From positions 55,384 to 119,383 of the forward strand of contig CAKZUF010000007.1 in assembly GCA_937921685.1 (NCBI GenBank): a stretch of DNA of 64,000 nucleotides, given 5' to 3'. Both the position numbers and the translations under genes were made by a program. This DNA comes from an uncultured archaeon (GTDB lineage: Archaea > Thermoproteota > Nitrososphaeria_A > Caldarchaeales > Calditenuaceae). Shown piece by piece: positions 1-9,322 of this stretch (position 1 is the stretch's first letter; each line of letters starts with the position of its first letter). The notes beneath the pieces are model-generated. The model worked only from the letters and a program-made list of their open reading frames with translations, made no database searches and was not told where the DNA came from.

Positions 1-615
1 ATCAATTATGGATAATCTTATCCTGCTCCGCTCCAAGATTGATAAGCCGACATTATCTATAAGTCTGTACTCCCCCGCTAGCTGTGGGCTTCCCTCCATT
101 ATCTTTCTGAGCTCTCTGTAGCTTAGCCGGGGTATTATGCGGGCATCGCTGTGAATCCTAGGGTCTTTGTCGTAGATGCCCTCAACGTTTGAGGCGACGA
201 CTAGTCTCTCAGCACTTATCGTCTCGGCGCAATAGGTCGCTACTGCAAAGGTGGATTGTCCGGGCCAAAACCCGCCAGCAACAGCAATGCCCCTGCCCAC
301 CAGTGCGGCCCTCAGGTCATCTACATTCTTAACAACAAGGGGATATGCCTTCTCGCCCAAAGCTTGGATAAACAGGGCTGCATGTATCCTCGTGACCTCA
401 ATAGCGATCTCGTCACACCTTGTCTCATCGGCTCCCAATCTCTTGGCCGCCTCTATGAAGGCGCGCGCCCCTACCCCACCCCCAACCACAACCACCCACT
501 TATCATTCTCAGAATGAGTCTCCCTCAAAATGTCTGCAGCCTGCTCTATCCAGTCTACAGAGACGCCATTCTTTGTCGAGAAGAGATGCCCGCCAATCTT
601 AAGTACCAGCCGCAA
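1..615 (-). CDS. pyrH: UMP (uridylate) kinase, archaeal type; the ORF is open at the window edge so the C-terminus lies outside
   Basis: Reverse-strand translation gives ...KIGGHLFS...VVVGGGVGARAFIEAAKRLGADE...AGGFWPGQSTFAVATYCAETISAERLVVASNVEGIYDKDP..., matching the amino-acid-kinase-fold motifs of archaeal PyrH. An in-frame TTG at 615 is preceded by TAA. The ORF track omits it because the ORF is open-ended. Confidence 0.75.
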   Translation of the reverse strand, partial: MRLVLKIGGHLFSTKNGVSVDWIEQAADILRETHSENDKWVVVVGGGVGARAFIEAAKRLGADETRCDEIAIEVTRIHAALFIQALGEKAYPLVVKNVDDLRAALVGRGIAVAGGFWPGQSTFAVATYCAETISAERLVVASNVEGIYDKDPRIHSDARIIPRLSYRELRKIMEGSPQLAGEYRLIDNVGLSILERSRIRLSIID

Positions 616-746
616 ATCGTAGAGAAATTACCTCTATCCCCTAATTAAAATATCCTCTAAGGTGTTACTACTGTTCACTAATAGTTAAATTCAGCCCAGA
701 AGCATATAGAATCGGGACTGAGAATGGAATAGCAAAATGGGGTAGC

Positions 747-1976
747 TTGGATCGATACAAGTTCAGGCGTTTCGTGGAGTTTTTAGAGTCTCGGCAGGGA
801 CGCGGAACAGAGCTGGTTACGCTCTATATTCCGCCCGGGAAGAGGATAGATGAGGTTATAGGATACCTGCGGCAGGAGCTTTCTACAGCCTCTAACATCA
901 AGTCTAAGGGGACTAGAAAGGCGGTTATGGACGCCATAGAGAGTGCCATACAGCGGCTCAAGCTCTTCAACGACAGCGGCCCTAACGGGCTCATCATATT
1001 TAGCGGGGCTATACCGCAGAATGGTGAGGGTACAGAGAAGATAGAGGTATATCACCTCCACCCGCCACAGCCTATCAACTTCTTCCTCTACCGCTGCGAC
1101 TCGAAATTCTACCTCGACCCCCTGAAGGACCTGTTAAAAGAGAAAGAGACATACGGTATAATCGCGATGGATAATGAGGATGCGGCAATAGCCGTTCTGC
1201 GCGGAAAGATGATCGTTGAACTAAGAACATATACGAGTGGCATCCCGGGTAAACATAGAGCGGGCGGTCAGTCTTCAAGGAGGTTCGAGCGGCTGAGAGA
1301 GCAGGCCCTCCAAGAATACTATTCTCGGCTTGCGGAGCACGCGAATGAAATCTTTCTAAACTATCCCGATCTCAAGGCGGTAATAATAGCTGGTCCAGGC
1401 CCAACTAAGGAAGTTTTTGCGAAGGAGGGGAAACTCCACTACTCTCTGCGTGACAAAATACACGTGATTGATACATCTTATGCCGGTGAAGAGGGTGTAA
1501 GGGAGGCAATAGACAGGGCAGCCGACATTCTGTCTAACCTCAGACTAGTGAAGGAGAGGAGATTGGTTGAGGATTTGATGAGGCGGGTCACGACACAGAA
1601 CACGGTGATCTATGGTTTAGACTCTGTCAGACTGGCTCTGCAGGGCAGGCAGCTAGAGCTACTTCTCATAAGCGAGGAGCTAGACCTCGTCGAAGTCACT
1701 TACAGCTGCTCAAACTGCGGCTACGCGGTTACCGAAACCCTCGCTGAAAGTGATCTCGTCTCCCTGCTGCCGGAAAAGCTGTCCCAAAAATGTCCAAAAT
1801 GTGGGGTTCAGGCCTTCAAACTAAACCAGCAGGAGAAGCTAGTTGACATACTCATAAGGCAGGCCGAGGATACAAATACGAAGGTTGAGCTTATCTCAGC
1901 AACACATGAGTCTGGAGAAATCTTTCTGAAGACGTTCGGAGGTGTAGCGGGACTGTTAAAGGGCTCTAGCAGGTAA
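747..1976 (+). CDS. prf1: peptide chain release factor aRF1 (eRF1 homolog)
   Basis: TTG start. Contains the NIKS-like (TASNIKS) and GGQ (HRAGGQSS) motifs. N-terminus is RGTELVTLYIPPG. Confidence 0.9.
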   Translation: MDRYKFRRFVEFLESRQGRGTELVTLYIPPGKRIDEVIGYLRQELSTASNIKSKGTRKAVMDAIESAIQRLKLFNDSGPNGLIIFSGAIPQNGEGTEKIEVYHLHPPQPINFFLYRCDSKFYLDPLKDLLKEKETYGIIAMDNEDAAIAVLRGKMIVELRTYTSGIPGKHRAGGQSSRRFERLREQALQEYYSRLAEHANEIFLNYPDLKAVIIAGPGPTKEVFAKEGKLHYSLRDKIHVIDTSYAGEEGVREAIDRAADILSNLRLVKERRLVEDLMRRVTTQNTVIYGLDSVRLALQGRQLELLLISEELDLVEVTYSCSNCGYAVTETLAESDLVSLLPEKLSQKCPKCGVQAFKLNQQEKLVDILIRQAEDTNTKVELISATHESGEIFLKTFGGVAGLLKGSSR

Positions 1977-2023
1977 AACAAGAACTAACTTTTAAAAAGA
2001 GCCAGACAGTTTGAGAAAATGGT

Positions 2024-2941
2024 TTGAAACACTTTCTCCAGGTTTTTGACGCCTCTAGGAGCGAGCTCTTAAGCATCATCGAGCTCGCCCTGAGGTTTAG
2101 ACGGGATGGCTATACCGGCTATCCTTTGCGTGGCAAGGTCATCGCCCTGCTCTTCGAAAAACCCTCCACGCGGACTAGGGTCTCGTTCAGCTCCGCCGTT
2201 TTAAGGCTTGGAGGCGAGGTAATCTACCTCCCCGCATCTGAGCTCCAGCTAGCGCGCGGTGAGCCATTAAAAGATACTGCTCGAGTTCTCAACAGATACG
2301 TAGACGCAATAGTTGCGCGGCTCGCATCCCACTCCTCGTTAGAGGAGATCGCAAAATACTCTGAGAAGCCTGTAATAAACGCGCTCACAAACCTCCACCA
2401 CCCGTGCCAGGCCCTTGCGGATGTGGCTACGATGTATGAGGATGCAGGGGGCTGGGGGTTTAAGGTTTCATATATTGGAGACTGCGGAAATGTCTGCAGA
2501 TCCCTAGTACAGATATGTGCTTTACTGGGTATCCCAATCTCCGTAGCGTCTCCTCGAAAATATTGGCTCCCACCAGACGAGATCCAAATGTACAAGGAGG
2601 TGGCCTCTTCGGTAGGGGGTACAGTGGAATTCACCGAGGATCCCGAGGCAGCGGTGACGGATTCCGACTTCATCTACACAGATGTCTTCGTCTCTATGGG
2701 AATGGAGCGCGAGTATGAGACAAGGCTTCGAGACTTCCTCCCCCGCTTCCGCGTAAGCATGAGGCTATTTGAGAAGGCGAAGCCGGGCACCAAGTTCATG
2801 CACTGTATGCCTATTAGGAGGGGGGAGGAAGTGGAAGAGGAGGTTGTCGAGTCGGCCCGCTCGATAATCTTCCTACAGGCTGAGTACAGGATGCATAGCT
2901 CGGCCGCTCTGCTAGTTTCCCTACTGGGGGGAACTAGCTAG
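2024..2941 (+). CDS. argF: ornithine carbamoyltransferase (less likely another transcarbamylase)
   Basis: FEKPSTRTRVSFS carbamoyl-phosphate-binding motif and the HCMP motif (HCLP in OTC versus HPLP in ATCase). TTG start. Confidence 0.75.
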   Translation: MKHFLQVFDASRSELLSIIELALRFRRDGYTGYPLRGKVIALLFEKPSTRTRVSFSSAVLRLGGEVIYLPASELQLARGEPLKDTARVLNRYVDAIVARLASHSSLEEIAKYSEKPVINALTNLHHPCQALADVATMYEDAGGWGFKVSYIGDCGNVCRSLVQICALLGIPISVASPRKYWLPPDEIQMYKEVASSVGGTVEFTEDPEAAVTDSDFIYTDVFVSMGMEREYETRLRDFLPRFRVSMRLFEKAKPGTKFMHCMPIRRGEEVEEEVVESARSIIFLQAEYRMHSSAALLVSLLGGTS

Positions 2942-3455
2942 CGGTGTGGGACTCCTGAATCTTCGCTTCCAGCTGCTCGACTACGATGCCGTAGGATTTG
3001 GGCAGCTTAGAGGCGGCTACTTTCATTGCCTGTTTTGCTAGCTCGATATCTTTTCCATAGACATATAGTTCGAGAACATCCTCACCTGCATCTACCTGAG
3101 CAGCCCTGCCCACAGGCCGGCCGAAAGCCCTGCTCATCCCTTCTTGTAGCCTATCTGCATGGGCCCCAAAAATCATTTTGTTCTCTCTTAGTACGTGGTG
3201 CGGGTGGGCTTTTACTGTAAGGTAGAAGTTCATGCCTATTTTCTGGGAGAGCATCTTGCCCGCCGCGACCCTGGCCGACTCGAGCGCCACGTCTCTTATC
3301 TGGACAGGCTCCCTAGCAACCAGTCTTAACCTGTATTCGTAGTTGTCTTGCCATGTCCCGTAGTCGTATTTAGCTAGCCTTGCTTGGGGGGCGCCGTGGA
3401 TATAGTCAACCCTAGTAAATGGCCTCTCCATCGACCGGTAATTCTTTGCCTTCAT
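2934..3455 (-). CDS. rpl10e: 50S ribosomal protein L10e (uL16)
   Basis: MKAKNYRSMERPFTRVDYIHGAPQARL... is a typical archaeal L10e N-terminus. Confidence 0.85.
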   Translation of the reverse strand: MKAKNYRSMERPFTRVDYIHGAPQARLAKYDYGTWQDNYEYRLRLVAREPVQIRDVALESARVAAGKMLSQKIGMNFYLTVKAHPHHVLRENKMIFGAHADRLQEGMSRAFGRPVGRAAQVDAGEDVLELYVYGKDIELAKQAMKVAASKLPKSYGIVVEQLEAKIQESHTAS

Positions 3456-3514
3456 TTCTACGTATTTGTACGGAGGGCACGCTAAAAACCTATTTTCGAG
3501 GGAGTTGTCACGAT

Positions 3515-4264
3515 ATGATTGACGTGGGGGAAGTGGGTAACCAGGAGAGGATAGTAAGTGCTGAGGATATTGAGGCTGTGAAGGTTAGGATTGCGGGGGA
3601 GATTGCGATATCTAAGTCGCCTGGAGTGGCCATGAAGAAGTGGAGGCAGCTTTTTGGCGAGAAGCAGCGTGAGGTTGCGGCGCGTATGGGCGTCTCCCCC
3701 TCAGTCCTCAGCGACTATGAGCAGGGTAAGAGGTCTCCCGGTATCAAGTTTGTGGGCCGGTATGTTGAGAGTTTGATAGCTTTAGACCTTGAGAAGGGTG
3801 GGGCCAATATTAGGCACTTTTCAGACCCCTCCCGCTCGCGCCACAAAGCCATCTTAGATTTGCGTGAATTCTCCACTCCGGTCACGCTTGACAGGATAGT
3901 TGACGCTATGGAGGGTGAGTATCTGTGGAGGAGTAGGGGGCGTGAGCCTGAGGTCTATGGGTACACAGTTGTTGACAGCATAGCCGCGATACGTTACATG
4001 GACTCAACAGAGTTCATCCAAATCTTTGGCTTGACCTCTATGAGGGTGCTAGTCTTCACAAATGTCACCACAGGTAGATCACCACTGGTGGCTGTCAGGG
4101 TCTATCCCCTAAAACCCATCGCAGTCGCATTGCACGGCCCACCCTCCCCTGAACAGGTTGATAAACTGGCCGTCGAGCTTGCAGAACTCTCTAGAGTCCC
4201 ACTAATACTGAGCAGGTCCAGGTCGGTGAAAGACATGATCGACGCTTTGAGGAGGCTGGGGTGA
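3515..4264 (+). CDS. XRE-family HTH transcriptional regulator with a conserved archaeal C-terminal domain
   Basis: HTH_3-like segment WRQLFGEKQREVAARMGVSPSVLSDYEQGKRSP. An internal ATG at 3515 avoids the overlap with rpl10e. Confidence 0.5.
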   Translation: MIDVGEVGNQERIVSAEDIEAVKVRIAGEIAISKSPGVAMKKWRQLFGEKQREVAARMGVSPSVLSDYEQGKRSPGIKFVGRYVESLIALDLEKGGANIRHFSDPSRSRHKAILDLREFSTPVTLDRIVDAMEGEYLWRSRGREPEVYGYTVVDSIAAIRYMDSTEFIQIFGLTSMRVLVFTNVTTGRSPLVAVRVYPLKPIAVALHGPPSPEQVDKLAVELAELSRVPLILSRSRSVKDMIDALRRLG

Positions 4265-4267
4265 GGA

Positions 4268-4996
4268 TTGAAGATACTGGTAGGGTGTTGTGGATTTACA
4301 AAATCTATGAAAGATTATATGAGGGAGTATAAGCTTGTCGAGCTCCAGACAACCTTTTACAGGGTTGTGAGACTCGAAACAGTTAGGAAATGGCGAAGCC
4401 AAGCCCCCAGCGACTTCTTCTTCACCGTCAAGGCTTTCCAAGGGATAACCCATCCCCCCACAAGCCCCACTTGGCGGCGTGCAAATATCAAGCCAACAAA
4501 AAACCACGGCGGACTACAGCCCACCAGAGAGGTCTACGAGTCTTGGAATATTACTAAGACTATTTGTGCCGAGTTGAGGTCACCCTTTTGCCTCATTCAG
4601 ACCCCCAGCTCATTCAGGGATACTCCGGAGAATATGCGGAATGCTGAGACCTTTTTCTCTAATGCGGAGCGGGGGGCGTTTGATATCGGGTTTGAGGCGA
4701 GGGGGTGGTCGCTCGAATCTATAGCTAAGCTATGTGAAAAGGCTAGGCTAGTACATGTGACGGACCCATTTCTCCAAGACCCAGTCACCTTAGGTAAACA
4801 TAGGACAGTATATCTGAGGCTGCATGGCAGCCCACCTGGGAAAAGTATGTACAACTACTCCTACACCGATGATGACCTAGCAGCCCTCTACAGAAAGATT
4901 AAGGGTTATGATGGGGACGTGGTCTACGTCTTATTTAACAACCTTAGCATGGAGAGGGATTCTAAACGCTTCATGAGACTTATCCTCAGCTCTTAA
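4268..4996 (+). CDS. DUF72 (YecE-like) family protein
   Basis: N-terminal ILVGCCGF...VELQTTFY pattern typical of DUF72 TIM-barrel proteins. Family assignment is by memory only. Confidence 0.45.
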   Translation: MKILVGCCGFTKSMKDYMREYKLVELQTTFYRVVRLETVRKWRSQAPSDFFFTVKAFQGITHPPTSPTWRRANIKPTKNHGGLQPTREVYESWNITKTICAELRSPFCLIQTPSSFRDTPENMRNAETFFSNAERGAFDIGFEARGWSLESIAKLCEKARLVHVTDPFLQDPVTLGKHRTVYLRLHGSPPGKSMYNYSYTDDDLAALYRKIKGYDGDVVYVLFNNLSMERDSKRFMRLILSS

Positions 4997-5765
4997 GCTC
5001 TTCAGAGTGCTCCCAGAGCATGTTGAAGTAGAGCTGTGCGATACCCGTCAAGGAGAGGTGGGCTGAGTAAATCGCTACTTGAGGACGGTTCTCCCCGCTT
5101 GCAAGTAGCAACAGCACAGCCTCCGACACATCGTTAATCACCCCGCCCGCAAATGAGATCTCCCTCACCCTGACCTCCGCCAAGGAGGATAGCGTCTTCA
5201 CAACCTTCCCTACCGCCTGAGGCCCTACCAGCACCCTCACCACTCCCCGTCTCTCCTTTATCAGGGAAGCGGTTGAGATCAAGAGTTGCTGAATCTCGGC
5301 AGGTATTATGGGTAAGACAACCGAGAGCTGCTTGTTTGCTCTCCCCATAACATCTTTTACGCTCCTCCAGAGAGAGGCCTCCCCCCTGATTATCCAAAGG
5401 TCAGGACGCTCAGGCCCCGCACCCTCATATATTTGGGTCAGGGCGGAGACGAAGACCTCTAGGTCTGATTTGAGGTTATTCTCTATTGACGCCCTAATAG
5501 CCTCTGAGGCAACCTGCGGATGCTCTGGAATATATCTCATGGGGCGCCCCCGCTCAACCTTCACAAGGCCCTTCCTCTCTAGAGACTTGAGAGTCTCGTA
5601 GATCTTTGAGACCGGTATTTGAGCCGCAGCGCTAACCTCGCTCGCTGACCCACTACGCCGCTTAAGGAGTGCGATGTACGCCTTGACCTCATATTCGGAA
5701 AGCCCCAGCCTCTTTATGGCGGCCCACGTCCTCTCGTCGAGCGCTGCGTAGGTCCTATCGCTCAA
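4986..5765 (-). CDS. TrmB-family transcriptional regulator
   Basis: N-terminal winged helix LGLSEYEVKAYIALLKRRSGSASEVSAAAQIPVSKIYETLKSLERKGLV plus a C-terminal TrmB-like domain. Confidence 0.75.
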   Translation of the reverse strand: MSDRTYAALDERTWAAIKRLGLSEYEVKAYIALLKRRSGSASEVSAAAQIPVSKIYETLKSLERKGLVKVERGRPMRYIPEHPQVASEAIRASIENNLKSDLEVFVSALTQIYEGAGPERPDLWIIRGEASLWRSVKDVMGRANKQLSVVLPIIPAEIQQLLISTASLIKERRGVVRVLVGPQAVGKVVKTLSSLAEVRVREISFAGGVINDVSEAVLLLLASGENRPQVAIYSAHLSLTGIAQLYFNMLWEHSEELKS

Positions 5766-5869
5766 CCTTCATAGAGCATGTGCAGTTGGGCTATTAAGGA
5801 TGTTGTAGGCCCTAGTTGCGTGGATTAGGCGGGTTTGGAAGAGCTTTTTAGAACCGTGAGGAATAGGGA

Positions 5870-6709
5870 CTATGTCAAGATAGTCCAGCCATCACCAAGC
5901 ATCGATACGACCTCCTCGAACATGATCTGATCCCTCCCGATGATGATTCCGTAGCGCGACCGACTATCCAGCCTCTCATCAAGTAAAGATTTTGGATATG
6001 AGGCGCTCCTACAGCCCATACCCATGGCAAAGTATAACGCCGGCACAACATCCATCATCCTTAGCTCAGGTGTCAGGCAAAGATAGCCGTCGACGCGCCC
6101 CACCGAGGCATGGCACATCTCAAGAAGCGCAGAGCCCATCACCCTGAAAAATCGCAGCCGTTCAGTTATCCGGATCGAGATCTCCCTCGACTTAGTGTCC
6201 CTTTTAAAGGATGCGTGATGGAAGAAGACAGCAGCTCTGCCTTTACCCCTTTGAGAAGCTATTGAAAGGTCTGAGGATGTCTTGTGAGATACATACTCCT
6301 CTTCCCTTATGAAGATCTCTCCCGTGACATGGTCTATCACGCCTGACGAGACGACATCCTTAGCAGAGGGGCTACGGGCTAGTGCAATCCCAGAGGAGTA
6401 AAAGCTTATTCCCCTAGACATGTTTGCGCTTCCATCGACAGGGTCAATCAGGGCCCAGTACTCCGGCTCACCTTCTCCTTCCCAAGAAAGGCCCATCTCC
6501 TCGGAGACTATGGCTACTCTGTCCAGATGAGACCTTAACACCTCGACAATAGCCCTCTCGCAGACCAAATCACCCCTATAGGAGATGTCGCCATAGTATC
6601 CGCGCCCCATCGGCTCGCCTACAACTCCCCTCCCAACTGTATCTAGTAGCGCGTCCCTCGCAGCCCGCAGCGCCTCGCTTATCACAGCTCTCAGCAAACC
6701 TCCCAGCAA
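5870..6709 (-). CDS. inositol monophosphatase / FBPase-family phosphatase
   Basis: DPVDGSAN (the DPIDGT-type metal-binding motif) and a WALIDPVDG context. Confidence 0.7.
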   Translation of the reverse strand: MLGGLLRAVISEALRAARDALLDTVGRGVVGEPMGRGYYGDISYRGDLVCERAIVEVLRSHLDRVAIVSEEMGLSWEGEGEPEYWALIDPVDGSANMSRGISFYSSGIALARSPSAKDVVSSGVIDHVTGEIFIREEEYVSHKTSSDLSIASQRGKGRAAVFFHHASFKRDTKSREISIRITERLRFFRVMGSALLEMCHASVGRVDGYLCLTPELRMMDVVPALYFAMGMGCRSASYPKSLLDERLDSRSRYGIIIGRDQIMFEEVVSMLGDGWTILT

Positions 6710-6738
6710 CTCAACCTAAGGCAGCAGCTATTATACCC

Positions 6739-7017
6739 TTAACCACCGGTCTCAGAAATTCTAAGGGACCTCCTACCCGCACTCACAAGCTCAGGATAAC
6801 GCCTGGCCAGCTCAGACTCAACAATCCTTGCCACCTCGTCGCTAATGCTAAACCTAGGAGTCACGTTCTTCAAATAGTTAAGAACAAGAGAGCTCAGAGG
6901 CGAATAAAAAGTAATCCTCGGCTGACGCTTCGCAGCTTGCCTCGCCAAAACAAGCGCCTTCTTATCCACCACTATCTTCCGCTTCAGACCAGTTCGACCC
7001 TTCCCCATCCTCACCAC
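6739..7017 (-). CDS. small basic hypothetical protein, possibly RHH-like DNA-binding
   Basis: 92 aa, Lys/Arg-rich N-terminus (RKIVVDKKALVLARQAAKRQ). No recognisable family. Confidence 0.3.
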   Translation of the reverse strand: MVRMGKGRTGLKRKIVVDKKALVLARQAAKRQPRITFYSPLSSLVLNYLKNVTPRFSISDEVARIVESELARRYPELVSAGRRSLRISETGG

Positions 7018-7046
7018 CAGCTATCAAACATAACACGCTTTGTTAA

Positions 7047-7064
7047 AAGGTTTACCTTACAAGG
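7047..7064. repeat. copy 1 of the near-palindromic 12-mer AAGGTTTACCTT (followed by ACAAGG) in the AT-rich intergenic region
   Basis: Exact 12-mer is shared with 7316..7327. The 12-mer is an AAGGT-N2-ACCTT dyad. Confidence 0.6.
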
Positions 7065-7315
7065 TACAACATAATCAAAAAATTCTGATATACTATTCCA
7101 CGTACATATTCCACCACCGATCCGTATAGCGGCTACTTGCTCGTTAGCGAAATAAGCCCAGATAGCTGGTTTTTCCAGACTCCATGTATTGTAAATCAAA
7201 TAGTTTTGAGATGCTGAGGGTTGACTGGTATATATGGGTGTGGAAGGTTGAATGTTTTTCAATATTTTCTGAATTATTTGGGAGCCCGATTTTCTGAATA
7301 AGTTGTGTTTTGTGT

Positions 7316-7333
7316 AAGGTTTACCTTGTAAGA
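7316..7333. repeat. copy 2 of AAGGTTTACCTT (followed by GTAAGA)
   Basis: Exact 12-mer match to 7047..7058. The 3' flank is the approximate reverse complement of the copy-1 flank. Confidence 0.6.
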
Positions 7334-7513
7334 TTTACGTTTTAACATGCCCGCAACTTATGGCCAATTCCCATGGAGCACCTTCGCCCCTTTGGTGGTG
7401 GGAGTGAAAACCGTATTTTTTAGGTGATTAACGTCTTTTTTTGAAAAAAATCGCCTACGTATGCTAGTACCTTGGTGGGAGGATTGCCTTTCGGGATACA
7501 TGGATTCAACAAC

Positions 7514-7524
7514 TTTATCAATAT
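7514..7524 (+). promoter_or_regulatory. TATA-like box for speH
   Basis: TTTATCAATAT lies about 24-34 nt upstream of the speH ATG, the typical archaeal promoter spacing. Confidence 0.4.
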
Positions 7525-7547
7525 GTTTTACAGCGAATCCTTGAGAA

Positions 7548-7946
7548 ATGCAGGTTGAGCAAAAATCGGAAGTGGGAGTGGTCGGGAAGCATGTCTACGG
7601 TAATTTATATGACTGCGACCCAGACATACTCAGTGACCTTAAGCTGTTGAAGAAGCTGGTTTCCGAGGCCTCCAAGATCGCTAAAATGACTCTGGTTGAG
7701 TTAAGGGGATGGAGGTTTGGTGGTGAGAAGGGAGGAGTCTCCGTGATTGCCCTAGTAGTTGAGAGCCACTTAGCCCTCCATACTTGGCCGGGTTACAGAT
7801 ATGCGACGCTAGATATATTCACGTGTGGAGATAAGAGTGATCCCTTCAAGGCTTTTGATTACCTTTGTGAGGCTCTTAGGCCTGGAAGTATCTCCAAGCA
7901 TTATGCTGACCGGTCTTCAGAAAGGCGGCAAGTGGTAGGGCCTTAA
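7548..7946 (+). CDS. speH: pyruvoyl-dependent S-adenosylmethionine decarboxylase proenzyme (or the ArgDC paralog found in Crenarchaeota)
   Basis: VGKHVYGNLYDCD...VVESHLALHTWPG matches the SpeH cleavage and pyruvoyl Ser region. Confidence 0.85.
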   Translation: MQVEQKSEVGVVGKHVYGNLYDCDPDILSDLKLLKKLVSEASKIAKMTLVELRGWRFGGEKGGVSVIALVVESHLALHTWPGYRYATLDIFTCGDKSDPFKAFDYLCEALRPGSISKHYADRSSERRQVVGP

Positions 7947-8010
7947 ATGGCTGCATAGGTCGTCGAATGGAGGCTTAGGGTTAATTTAGGAGCAATGTAT
8001 TTGGTCTTCC

Positions 8011-8547
8011 ATGATCCTCTCCGACTTTGATCTCTGGAATTATATACGTAGTGGGAGACTAAGGGTGGAGCCGCTCAGCGAAGACATCGTGAGAGAGAAT
8101 GGGCTTGACTTACGTATTGGTTATGAGATTGGGAGGCTAAAGAAGACCCAAAAGGTCTTAGACCCCCAAGAAAATAGCCCTGACGACTTCTACATAATCG
8201 AGAGGGGTGATGCTTTCCTGATAAACCCCCACGAACACGTTCTGTTACACACGATTGAATATCTTTCCCTCCCCAAGGACATAATGGGTTTTGTAAACCT
8301 TAGAAGCAGTTATGCCCGTCTAGGACTATCACTCCCCCCCACAATTGTTGATGCTAATTTTGAGGGGCAGTTGACTATCGAGATGATTGGGAGTGAATTC
8401 CCGGTGAAGCTAAGAGCTGGGGAGAGGTTCATCCACCTTGTATTCGCCAAGCTCACCTCAGAGGTGGAGAAGCCATATAGAGGTAAATATCAGGGGCAGC
8501 GGGGTGTAAGGCTGCCTCAATTTGACAGGCTTGCGCCGCCTAGATAA
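8011..8547 (+). CDS. dcd: dCTP deaminase
   Basis: [13 protein letters not shown]-terminus and dUTPase-fold motifs. Confidence 0.85.
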   Translation: MILSDFDLWNYIRSGRLRVEPLSEDIVRENGLDLRIGYEIGRLKKTQKVLDPQENSPDDFYIIERGDAFLINPHEHVLLHTIEYLSLPKDIMGFVNLRSSYARLGLSLPPTIVDANFEGQLTIEMIGSEFPVKLRAGERFIHLVFAKLTSEVEKPYRGKYQGQRGVRLPQFDRLAPPR

Positions 8548-9322
8548 GTACCTCGATGCAATCCCTCGCTATTATTACTCTACATCTGTAACTCTGCTCC
8601 AGCGTTTTTACTATCCTATGCTCCTCTCCCTCCCAGATAGGGTATAGGTGTGTCACAACTACGGTCTTGGGCTTCACATGAGCCACTATTTGCGCAAGCT
8701 CCACCTCTGACACGTGCTGCCCTACCAGCCTTTCGTGTGGGAATGAACACTCATGAACAAGCACATCCACCCCCTCAGCAAGTTTAACTAGATTCTCGCT
8801 GAATCTTGTGTCTCCTGAATAGACCAGCGAAGCCCCATGAGATTCAAGCCTATAGGCCACCCCGCCATCATGCGTGACTGGCGCGGAGGTTAAGCGAACC
8901 CCTTCAAACTCAAAAACTCTCCATGGCTCAACTTCTTCCAGACTAATGTACGACTCATACCTCATTAGCGTTTTCAGATACGAGAAGAACTCGTTATTGT
9001 CGATAAGCGTCTCTAAAAACCTTTTAAGCCCCTTCGGCCCTAAAATTTTTAACTTCTCAGGCGATTTGTTTGGGAGCCCTTCGGGGGTGAATGCGCGCAA
9101 CTTCAGCAGTGGGAAGATGTCGGATACGTGGTCGATGTGAAAGTGTGTGAGAAGGATGGCCGTCAGCTTAAATGGGGATAATGACAGGTTCCTCATCTTC
9201 TCGAGGACCCCTGGCCCACAATCAAGTAGGAGCTTGCTTTCTCCAGCCTCGACATAGTGTCCGGAGCCAAATCGGTAGGGGGTTGGCACTATAGAGCCTG
9301 CCCCCAATACGATGAGCCTCAA
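8540..9322 (-). CDS. MBL-fold metallo-hydrolase, possibly RNase Z
   Basis: HFHIDH (HxHxDH) motif and VLVHECSF near the C-terminus. Confidence 0.6.
   Translation of the reverse strand: MRLIVLGAGSIVPTPYRFGSGHYVEAGESKLLLDCGPGVLEKMRNLSLSPFKLTAILLTHFHIDHVSDIFPLLKLRAFTPEGLPNKSPEKLKILGPKGLKRFLETLIDNNEFFSYLKTLMRYESYISLEEVEPWRVFEFEGVRLTSAPVTHDGGVAYRLESHGASLVYSGDTRFSENLVKLAEGVDVLVHECSFPHERLVGQHVSEVELAQIVAHVKPKTVVVTHLYPIWEGEEHRIVKTLEQSYRCRVIIARDCIEVLI

Noticed and set aside
251-648. Two + strand ORFs (88 and 130 aa) at the left edge
   Set aside because: They are antisense to the well-supported minus-strand pyrH reading frame and have a low-complexity Pro/Thr/Ala-rich composition.
2224-2673. 149-aa minus-strand ORF inside argF
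   Set aside because: Antisense to an ORF carrying the STRTR and HCMP transcarbamylase motifs; no motif of its own.
3419-3514. Upstream extension of the HTH-regulator ORF overlapping rpl10e
   Set aside because: It would overlap the rpl10e coding region by about 40 nt on the opposite strand; the internal ATG at 3515 gives a conventional N-terminus.
7011-7262. 83-aa minus-strand ORF in the AT-rich intergenic region
   Set aside because: Composition is dominated by AT-rich codons, it has no motif, and it overlaps the repeat elements. More likely non-coding.
7262-7547. Possible RNase P RNA, SRP RNA or C/D-box sRNA in the long intergenic region
   Set aside because: No P4-type GGAAAGUCCGG, no SRP Alu/S-domain signature, and no paired C (RUGAUGA) / D (CUGA) boxes at appropriate spacing could be found by eye. 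This is left as an open possibility only inside the intergenic finding.
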